Assembly (NCBI GenBank): GCA_963823665.1
Contig: CAWGMQ010000010.1
Span: 1,984,001 to 2,048,000, forward strand
DNA from: an uncultured Planctomycetota bacterium
GTDB lineage: Bacteria; Planctomycetota; Planctomycetia; Isosphaerales; Isosphaeraceae
Reading direction: 5' to 3'
DNA: 64,000 nt
The position numbers were made by a program, and so were the translations under genes. The notes under the pieces were generated by a model. It was not told the DNA's origin and did no database searches. It worked only from the letters and a program-made list of their open reading frames with translations. Positions 10,001 through 17,891 of this stretch are shown here, piece after piece; the first letter of the stretch is position 1, and every line of letters begins with the position of its first letter.

Positions 10001-10936
10001 GTGGGACACCTGGACGCCGATGGATGCCACGCTCTCCCAGTAGGTCTGTTTCTTGTTCCTGGACTCGCCGCCGCTTGGGCTTCGCCCCGGCAGCACTACG
10101 GATGAGGACGAAAGCGTGAATGAATCGGCTGGTGGCCCAGAGCCCGGTGCGTCTCCACTCTTGTCCTTTGCGCCGGCTACTCCCTCCGGCTCCGGTTTGC
10201 CGCTGGTACAATCCACCGTCTTGCCGAACTCCCCTGTCATCAGCAAACGAGCAACACTCACGGCCGAGAGTGCGCCGTGCGATCGGGTCTCGACCTGTCG
10301 CTCTTCCCCCGGCAAGCTGGAGGCCTGCGCCCCGGTCCGCGACACGCGCAGCTCGCCGGCGAAGTTTGTACCGGCCTTGGCGTTGCCTTGCTGCATTTTC
10401 TTTAGCTCTTCAAGCACTGCATCCAGCCCAAGGCCCTGGATGAACTGCATCACGTAGTACGGAAGGCCATCCTGCTCGCCGACGCCAAACACGGGGACGA
10501 TGTTGGTGTGGTGGAGCTTGGCGGCCGACTTCGCTTCGCGCTCGAAGCGCCGCTTGGCCCTGACATCGAACAGCGTGCTCCTGGGCAGCACCTTCAGGGC
10601 CACGTGCCGCCCCAGCGAGACCTGCTCGGCCTCGTAGACAATGCCCATGCCGCCCTTGCCCACTTCGCGGAGGATGCGATAATCCCCGAGTTGCTGCATG
10701 GCGGGAGAAGGCGGCGCGGCCGCGTGCTCGTCCGATTCCTGGTGATCTTCCTTGACCTGCTCGATCTCGACCATGGCCGGGAACAGCTCGCGGATGTCGT
10801 CAGCGAGCTCGGGATAGCGGTCGATGTACTCCTGGAGCGGAGGCCGCCCGCCGGCCCGATACCGCGCGGCGAACTCGTCGGCGAGCCGGGTCAGCAGGAT
10901 GTAGTTCGCGGAGCTCTCCGAGGTCTTGTCAGACAT
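7046..10936 (-). CDS. Ser/Thr protein kinase with TM helix and C-terminal WD40 propellers (1296 aa)
   Basis: GKGGMG, VALK, HRDIKPSN, DFG, GTLRYMPPE; TM segment after WCRRHP; about 14 repeats of AVAFSPDGKxxLTGSxDxTARLWD. Confidence 0.95.
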   Translation of the reverse strand: MSDKTSESSANYILLTRLADEFAARYRAGGRPPLQEYIDRYPELADDIRELFPAMVEIEQVKEDHQESDEHAAAPPSPAMQQLGDYRILREVGKGGMGIVYEAEQVSLGRHVALKVLPRSTLFDVRAKRRFEREAKSAAKLHHTNIVPVFGVGEQDGLPYYVMQFIQGLGLDAVLEELKKMQQGNAKAGTNFAGELRVSRTGAQASSLPGEERQVETRSHGALSAVSVARLLMTGEFGKTVDCTSGKPEPEGVAGAKDKSGDAPGSGPPADSFTLSSSSVVLPGRSPSGGESRNKKQTYWESVASIGVQVSHALEYAHKQGINHRDIKPSNLLLDTQGTVWVTDFGLAKADDQQNLTHTGDILGTLRYMPPEAFEGKTDARSDVYSLGLSLYEMLAFRPAFDERERNRLIRQVTQEEPARLGELNRHVPRDLQTIVHKAIDKDPRQRYGSAAALAEDLQRFIEDEPIKARRVSPAERLWRWCRRHPAGAAASLLALLVLAALATLAVGYSFVLQLRREQERTHLALEDATNQRALTAEAQHQSHRLSARLALERGLSLCQQGNTGQGLIWMARSLELAPAGDPDLERDIRTNIARWRASLHRLQAVWHTPCPLEALAASPDGKLFLTGGTDGRPRLWETPTGRLVLELPHHQCEASGIGPRVAIPGVFSPDGKTVLTGGDGFKAHLWDVASRKPLGPPLEHQGAVRAVAFSPDGKTILTGSDDGTARVWDAAARSPLGTVMHHQGGVWAIAFSPDGKLILTGSGDQTARLWEAGTGKPIGAPLMHQGGVHGLAFSPDGKTIVTCVTVNVAQRWDVATHQPIGEPLVHQDDVYSVAFSPDGKIIATGSKDKTLRLWQADNGKPLLPVLSHGGPVTAVAFTPDGKSVLTASADQTVRLWEVGTGDPFGTPLRHQGILMAVAFSPGGKTVLTGSIDKTARLWDATTGKELRQFRGHRGGVWAVAYSPDGKTILTASSDGTAQLWNVDTGEPIHRALQCNSDGINRGWNIAAFNPNGKIVATATREEVHLWDAATGQPIGPPHLEGPSLTMAFSPDGSLLLTGSRTGTAWLLDSATGGLLRILTPPHDGPVDAVAFSPDGRTCLTASFAVQTVKLWETATGKAIGQPMQHRVAETSFFAAAFTPDSKTVATAGEDEIAHLWDATTGAPIGGPMRHQGKVWTVAFSPDGKMLLTGSVDGTARLWDAATAKPIGTPLQHPGRVRAVVFSPEGKRIVTACGDNTARLWELPAPVQGGLERIELWAQVVTGMKLDSEGVIQVLDGDTWHQLRERLDTLGGPPVR

Positions 10937-11063
10937 TGTCGAGTCCTCCGGGCATGGTGGCGAGGATCAACTTGAGTCGCTTCAGCGCGTCGTTCCAAGC
11001 CGCCTGGTCCCCGGCACGGACCTGTTCCAGAAGGCGGGCCGTCTCGGCGGAGTTGTTGTCCAT
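10929..11063 (-). pseudogene. ECF sigma factor collapsed by an in-frame internal deletion (44 aa)
   Basis: MDNNSAETARLLEQVRAGDQAAWND joined to ALKRLKLILATMPGGLDNV; these resemble the extreme N- and C-termini of planctomycete kinase-coupled ECFs; the stop overlaps the kinase start. Confidence 0.75.
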
Positions 11064-11151
11064 CAGCGTTTCCCTGAGCTATTAACTCCGGAGCAAGCGG
11101 TTTACTGGACAGGTTGAGGGAGAGTTTTTCGGAGATTGTAGCAGAGCTGTG

Positions 11152-11210
11152 CCGGTTCCCGTCCAGTTGCGCGGACGAATGATGGGAATCTCGATGATCG
11201 TTTATTCGGG
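11152..11210 (+). repeat. Right copy of the 59-bp direct repeat (MFS gene fragment)
   Basis: Encodes PVPVQLRGRMMGISMIVYSG versus MFS PVPDQLRGRMMGIWMIVYSG. Confidence 0.85.
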
Positions 11211-11611
11211 TTATGACCTGCCGGCTGCGGGCGCGCAGGAAATGTGTCGGAAGAACGAGGCGCTCCGCGAGCTGGTCGCCACGTGGCACGGCCTGACGCC
11301 AGCCGTCAGGAAGGCTATCATGGACTTGGCACGGGCCACAATCTGACAGAGCGCGTCGGGGATCGAGTGGTCCCCGGTCACCTCAGAACCACCAGCCAGT
11401 GTCCGCAGATAATCTCGTATGGTGCCTCCGGAAACCTGTACATTTATTCCCAGCCCATGGTATGGGCGGATCCGTGCCGGCGGCTCGAACGGTGCAGATA
11501 AGCCACCGCGGAAACCCGACTCGACCAACCAGCACCAAGCGGGAATTGAGTCCGCTCCGGCGACCGAAGAAGGCGATCAAGGCAAGTCTCAGTAAATGAC
11601 GAGCCAATCTC

Positions 11612-12349
11612 ATGGCGGACTCAATGGCTCCCAGGCCCTCCGATCGCTTCCCCACGACGCACTGGAGCCGGGTTGTCCAGGCCGGGAACCCGTCTTCGCC
11701 CGAGGTCCGAGCAGCGATCGAAGCGCTTTGCAGCGCCTACTGGTATCCGCTTTACGCGTTCATCCGGCGCCGTGGCCCTGATCCCGATGCTGCTGCGGAC
11801 CTCGCACAGGGCCTCTTCGCGCACCTTCTGGAGCGCGACGCGTTTGCCAGGGCCGACCCGCGCCGGGGCCGGTTCCGGACGTATCTGCTGGCCGTCTGCC
11901 GCAACTTCCTCAGCGACCAGGGTGAGCAACGCCAGGCCCAAAAGCGGGGACGCGGCTTGGCGATCGTGTCGATCGACCAATCGGCCGCCGAGGGGCGTTA
12001 TCGCGTCGAGCCAGCCGACACATTAACACCAGAGCGGCTTTTCGAGCGCGCCTGGGCACTGGCTTTACTGGAGCGAGTCCTCGGACAACTGAGGCATGAG
12101 TACACCGTCGCCGGAAAGGCGGCGCTCTTCGAGCGTTTGGAGCCGACGCTGGCCGCGGGAATTGACGCCGAACCGCTGGCGGCGATCGCTGCCGCGCTCG
12201 GCGCTACCGAGGGCGCCATTCAAGTGGCTGCTCACCGGCTTCGACGTCGGTACCGCGGGCTGTTCCGCGCGGAAATCGCTGCCACGATCAATGACCGAGC
12301 CGAAATCGACGATGAGATCCGCGCGCTGTTCAGCGCGCTTGCGACGTGA
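11612..12349 (+). CDS. ECF sigma factor (kinase-associated, FxTTHWS type)
   Basis: FPTTHWSRV, YWYPLYAFIRRRG, AADLAQGLF (sigma2), GRFRTYL, GAIQVAAHRLRRRY (sigma4). Confidence 0.9.
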   Translation: MADSMAPRPSDRFPTTHWSRVVQAGNPSSPEVRAAIEALCSAYWYPLYAFIRRRGPDPDAAADLAQGLFAHLLERDAFARADPRRGRFRTYLLAVCRNFLSDQGEQRQAQKRGRGLAIVSIDQSAAEGRYRVEPADTLTPERLFERAWALALLERVLGQLRHEYTVAGKAALFERLEPTLAAGIDAEPLAAIAAALGATEGAIQVAAHRLRRRYRGLFRAEIAATINDRAEIDDEIRALFSALAT

Positions 12350-12373
12350 CTGGAAAAAAATCCGGCGCGTTTC

Positions 12374-12400
12374 TGTAAGCTGATCCCACATTTCACGTAA
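12374..12400 (+). promoter_or_regulatory. Candidate ECF-type promoter TGTAAG-N16-CGTAA
   Basis: Bipartite motif resembling the ECF TGTAAC/CGT consensus, preceded by an A-tract, between the ECF and kinase genes. Confidence 0.45.
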
Positions 12401-12459
12401 GTATGAGACAGTAGGCGAAACGACCGATCGCATCGATTGTCGACACGGAGAACTGTCCC

Positions 12460-15400
12460 ATGGGCGACCACCTGCGTCGCTGCCCGTCATGCGGTGAAGT
12501 TCTTCCCGCGAACGCTCCCGACGGGATTTGTCCCCGCTGTCTGCTCCGGAACGCCCTCGAGGGCGATGGCACCGAAACATTTTCGCACCCGATGAGTGTC
12601 TAGTCGGAGCCCGGCCGAGTTAGCAGTCTGGCGTCGTTGGCCGAGTCGATCGGGGGCGTTGCGAAGATCTTCTTGCGCGATCCTGAATCTGGCGATGGCC
12701 CGTCGCCTCTGGTCAAGCCGGCCTCACTTGAGATGCCTGCACCCGGCGACCGGCCGGGGCGGTTGCAACTGCTCGGGGAAATCGCCCGCGGCGGCATGGG
12801 AGCCGTGCTCAAGGGGCGAGATCCCGACCTCGGCCGCGACCTGGCCGTGAAGGTCTTGCTCGAATCCCACCGTGATCGGCCCGACCTGATTCGGCGTTTC
12901 ATCGAGGAAGCCCAGATCGGCGGCCAGTTACAGCATCCGGGCATCGTCCCGATTTACGAGCTAGGCGCCTTCGCCGACCGGCGCCCGTATTTCGCCATGA
13001 AGCTGGTCAAGGGCCGCACTCTGTCGGGCCTGCTAGTCGAGCGAGGGGACGGCGCGCACGATCTACCTCGATTTCTCTCGATCTTTGAGTCAGTCTGCCA
13101 GACGATCGCCTACGCGCATGCCCAGGGCGTGATTCACCGCGACTTGAAGCCTTCGAACATCATGGTCGGGTCGTTCGGTGAAGTGCAGGTGATGGACTGG
13201 GGCCTGGCGAAGGTCTTGCCGCAAGGCGGCGCGGCCGACGACGCCTCGGCCGGCAAGACGCGCGAACGTGACACCGTGATCGCCACGGCCCGCAGTGGCG
13301 GCGATTGCGATTCCGACCTCTCGAGGGACGGCAGCGTGATGGGCACGCCGTCGTACATGGCACCCGAACAGGCCCGCGGCGAAGTCGAGCGGCTCGATGA
13401 GCGCTGCGATGTCTTTGCCCTGGGCTCGATCCTTTGCGAAATCCTTACCGGCGACCCGGCCTTCGTCGGACGGTCTTCGGGAGAGATCCAGCGCAAGGCG
13501 TCACGCAGCGAATTGCAGGGTGCGGTTAATCGATTAGAGGCAAGCGGCTGCGACGGCGACCTGATCGCCCTGGCGAAGGACTGTCTTTGCGGCGAGCTCG
13601 AAGACCGCCCGCGCCACGCGGGCGAGGTGGCTGCGCGGATCAATGCGTACCGAACGGGCGTGGATGAGCGATTGCGATTGGCTGAAATTGCGCGCGCCGA
13701 GGAGACGGCGCGGGCGGAGGAGGCCAGTAAGCGCGCCCGCCTCGAGCGCGATCGGCTGCGCTTAACGATCACGCTCGCGGCGTCGATCTTGGCCGTGGTG
13801 GCGCTCGGTGGCTCCGGCGCGGCCTGGCCATTGCAGCAACGTCAGGCTCGTTTGTCTGGCGTTGAGGCGACCTTGGCCCGGATTCAGGCGATCCGGGACC
13901 AAGCAGCAGCCAGTGCTGCCGACCCGACCCGCTGGGGGGAAGTGCTGGCTGCCGCCGACGAAGCGCTGGGTTCGCTCGGCGATCTGGCGGCCTCCGAACC
14001 TGGCCGCCGGTTAGACGCACTTCGCAATACGATCGCGGAGGACCGGAAGCAGGCAGAGCGTGACCAGAAACTGGTCGACCGGCTGAACAGCATCCGCTCA
14101 TCAGCCGCGAAGGTTTTTGGGGGGAGCTGACCGTGAGGGCGTGGATCGGCGCTTTCGATTCGCTTTCAAACGCTACGAGCTGGATTTGGAGACAACCCAA
14201 TTAAAGGATGCGATCACTCGGCTCGGTTCGCGGCCCGAAGTGTTCGTGCGCGACGTGGTCGCTGGCCTTGAGCACTGGCTATTAGTGCGAGAAATGAACG
14301 GACAACCCGACCAAGTGCAAAGAATCGTCGATTTGCTGAGAGGTCTGGATCCCGAGCCGGCGCGCAACCGGTTGCGCGCCTGTTGGCGCAATCGGACCTG
14401 ACATCGCACCGTCAAGCTCTGATCAAGATGGCAAACGAAGCGGGCCTGGTCGAATATGGCCCCTCGACGGCCCTGCTGCTCGCGAGTTCGTTGGATCGCG
14501 CCGGGGAAGGGAACAATGCGATCGCCATCCTGCGAACTGCCGTTGCGCGATATCCCGGCGACGTCTGGACCAACCTCGAACTGGCAAAGCTGCTCAGAAA
14601 CGCGAAGCCGCCGCACCGCGAGGACGCCATTCGTTACTACACGGCCGCACGCGCCCTCCGGCCGGAAACCGGGTTCGAGCTCGCCGAGGTGCTGAACGAA
14701 CAAGGCCGAAGCGATGACGCCGAGACGATCTACCAGGAACTGGTCCGTCGCAATCCCGAGAGTTTCCTGGTTCAGTTCCGGCTCCTGAAAGTGCTTCAGA
14801 AAGTCGGAAAGTCGGACGAGGCACGCTCGATGGCGGAGCGCATCACTGCCCATTTTCGCGATAAACTGCGGCGCCAGTCGAACAGCCCCCTCGCGCACGA
14901 GAGGTTTATCGAGTCGTTATGGGTGACCGGCAACTGCGCCGAAGCAGTTGCGGCAATGCGTGACGCGACCTCGTATTTTGAGAGAGAATGCGGTTTCTAT
15001 CACACGCTTGGGCACATGCTGCTGGCTCTTGACGACTACCAGGGTGCCATTGCTGCGTACCGTGATGCAATCCGAATCGATCCCTCGAACGTGGATTGCC
15101 ACCTGGTTCTCGCGTGGGCGCTCGGACGTGTTGGCGATCGGAAAGCCGAGATCCTGGAGTTGTTTACCATCCGATCTGCCTTGCGACAACAGGCGGAGGC
15201 CGCTCCGATCCAGTCTGGGTCGCGAGTTCGATATAGTTGGCTAAGGGGTGTCTCGCCTGACTTTTCTTTGGGCCAGGACCCCAGGGTCCCGCGGAATCAG
15301 ACACTCATCGTCAAGGACCAGATGGGACCCGTTGACGATTTTGTTGATTATGGGCAAATGGATGCATATCGTGCTGGGGTTAATTCGGGACTCAGCCTGT

Positions 15401-16488
15401 TTAAGGATGAGGAAAGGGAGCCTCTTGATTACATACCGCTGGAATTGCTCAATGAGATGTATCTTGAGGCATATTTTCTCGGGTCGTTTTGGTTCGTGGT
15501 TCCTCACCTGGCCCTCGAGCAGGGCCACCTTGCCCTTGGAGCAGTACTGGCGGAATCCGGCGATCTGCCCGGCGCGATTTCCGCGTACAGCGAGGCAATC
15601 CGCCTCGGCGAGGGTGATACCAAAGCAAAAGCGACCGCTCACGACTCTCTGGGCAGCGCCCGCTGGCTAACAGGCGCACGATCAGCAGCCATCGATGCCT
15701 TCCGCGGGTCGATCCATGTCAATCCCGATGAGCCTAACGAAGGCCCCTACAACCTCAGCGTTGCGCTGGCCGAATCGGGAGACGTATCCGGAGCGATCGC
15801 TGCACTCCACGAGGCCGTTCAGCGGCAGCAACCACGCCAAGCAGGGTCGTTTCGTCTGCTGCGTGCGATCGTAATGTCACCGCTTCCCAAAGATGCCGTC
15901 GAGGCGCTGAAACGCGTGCGCGACGAGGCGCGCGACGACGGCACCGTTCGCAAGGCGATCGAGGTCTCCCTCAGCCAGTTCGAGCGACTTTCGAAGCTGG
16001 GTGTCCCGATTCCGAGGACGTTTCGTCTCTCGCCTCAAGGCAACAATTATCCCGACCACTGCTACAGTTTGCGCTTGTTCGCAGCCTCGGCAGCGATCTG
16101 GGCAGCCGGCTTCGCCGCAGACCCGACACTTGCGCAGGACATGCAGGCCCAAAACCGCTACCTCGCCGCGAGTGCCGCCGCCTTGGCTGCCGCCGGCAAA
16201 GGGATCGATCAGCCGCCACTCGACGAACTGGCCAGGTCTCGCTGGCGAAAGCAAGCGCTCGACTGGCTCAACGCCGACCTCGCGTACTGGGCAAAGCAAG
16301 CCGAGACTGGCGTGCCGCAGTCCACGGCTCTCGTGCAGAAGACTCTCGAGAACTGGAGGGTTGACAGAGATTTCGCGAGTGTCCGCGATGAGTCCCACCT
16401 GAAGCGACTTCCTCAAGATGAACAGAAGGCCTGGCAAGCATTTTGGTCCCGCGTCTCCGCGCTTCTCAAAAGCGCGAGTCAATACTGA
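12460..16488 (+). pseudogene. Zn-ribbon - Ser/Thr kinase - TPR protein, interrupted (TAG at 12601; frameshifts ~14120 and ~14383)
   Basis: CPSC..CPRC in frame with the kinase (ARGGMG, HRDLKPSN, DWG, GTPSYMAPE); TPRs; C-terminal RWRKQALDWLNADL..W..DRDFASVRD..WQAFW. The frameshifts may be assembly errors. Confidence 0.8.
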
Positions 16489-16530
16489 GCCGGGCAAACC
16501 GAGCTCCGCCCCCAGAAGCAAAGCTCCCGC

Positions 16531-16917
16531 TTACGGTTCCCAGGTCAACATTTCTTCTTGGCCGCCGGGCTGGAACAGTCGAATACCCACGTGGCTGACT
16601 CGCATCACTCGGCCGAGTCGTTTGGCCTGCGTGTCGAAGGACGGATGTCGTAAGAAGCGACGGACAAAGCTGGCCGCCTCGTCCGGCACGACCGCAAGAC
16701 AGACTATGCCGTACCTGGCGTGAGAGAGTTTCGCGTCCAAAAAACCCAGGTCGCGCGTAAAGAAAGTTGGTCGGCGCAGCCTGAGAAGCAACGGGATGAT
16801 TTGCTCATCCTTGATTCAGGCTCGGCCAACGTCTCGACCGACTTGATGCGCCCGGATTCGCCAGCTTCTCAAGAGCAGGCGTTGATCTTCGGGAATGTTC
16901 TCATCAAGTACGATCAT
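16531..16917 (-). pseudogene. DUF5615/PIN-like toxin with an in-frame TGA at codon 34 (16816-16818)
   Basis: MIVLDENIP..GRDVGRA*IKDEQIIPLL..FFTRDLGF; TGATG overlap with the DUF433 gene. Confidence 0.75.
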
Positions 16918-17165
16918 CAGCGGGCAGTGTCAGTGACCAGTTCGTCCGCGTGGTTGATCAACGCCTCGCGAGCCAGGCGAACCGCCTCGGCGATCGCGTC
17001 CCTGGAGATCGACCCATGCCACCGCTCGGTAATGGCCTCCCAGGCCATCCCGCGCACAACGTCATCCAAGACGTCACTGACAAAAACTCGAGTTCCGCGG
17101 AACGTGGGCCGACCGTGACACACCGCGGGATCGGAGACGACAAACCGCCCCAAAAACTTGCTCAT
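16917..17165 (-). CDS. DUF433 antitoxin
   Basis: VSDPAVCHGRPTFRGTRVFVSDVL signature. Confidence 0.9.
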   Translation of the reverse strand: MSKFLGRFVVSDPAVCHGRPTFRGTRVFVSDVLDDVVRGMAWEAITERWHGSISRDAIAEAVRLAREALINHADELVTDTAR

Positions 17166-17387
17166 TGCGGCTCCCGGCTGAGTCTGCGTGCTCTCTCACC
17201 GTGACGATACCCATCTTACGCACTCCGTTGCGAGAACAACCACGTCAACTTCTGTTTGACGTGCAGACCATGAAGCCATGGACGCTGCGCGGCACACAAG
17301 CGAACAACATCGGTCGAGTGTCGGCCGCTCCTCTCTTACCTCAGCGGCCCCGACAGATCACTCAGGATGCCGGGCCTGCGATGAGCG

Positions 17388-17437
17388 CCGGAGACCTTCG
17401 GTCGCAACCAGGGCGGGGTCAGAGACCCTCGCCGAAC
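17388..17437 (+). repeat. REP-like intergenic element (GGAGACCTTCGGTC..GGCGGGGTCAGAGACCCTCGCC)
   Basis: Two hairpins: GACC-TTC-GGTC and GGCGGGGTC-AGA-GACCCTCGCC; resembles planctomycete intergenic repeats recalled from memory; single copy in the window. Confidence 0.45.
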
Positions 17438-17891
17438 ATCGCGCCGAAAGGTTCCGTAGGTACTTGCCCCAAATGTGCTTATGGCATGAATTCTGGTGGT
17501 TGGCCAGAAAAGTGCCATCGGACTTACCGCGAAATCCTGTCGAAATTAGCCGAAGGTTTCTCGAATGCCGATACTTGGGCTAGGACCCCGGTAAGGGATT
17601 CTGGTAGAAAGCCCACATAGCCGATGGAGGCTGCGGAAAGGCCCGGAGAAATGGCTGCGCCGGATCTGGCGAGCCTGGCATCCACCTTTTGTCAGAAATC
17701 TGACTGGCACTGACAGCCGGTCCACGAAAACCGCCAGAGGGCAAGTCTGTTGTCCACATCAAGGGTTAAGAGATTAACCCTGTGTGAATTTTTTCGCGAA
17801 TCTTTCCGACGTCCGGTGTCAGAAAACAGAGAGCACTCGAGCTCCCTTGGCAAGGTTTCGACCTTCGCTGCCCTTACGCAGGAGTGTGCCC

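Noticed and set aside
5960..10915. Diversity-generating retroelement template/variable repeats among the kinase or RND paralogs
   Set aside because: Differences are not adenine-specific, both copies are coding-derived, and there is no reverse transcriptase
14113..14125. T5G6 tract as a phase-variation switch in the kinase gene
   Set aside because: The tract is short, the gene has other breaks, and homopolymer indels are the typical long-read error
16816..16818. Recoding (Sec/Pyl or alternative genetic code) for in-frame stops here and at 12601
   Set aside because: TGA and TAG end many normal genes in the window; the TGA is most simply a GGA>TGA change; no recoding machinery is visible
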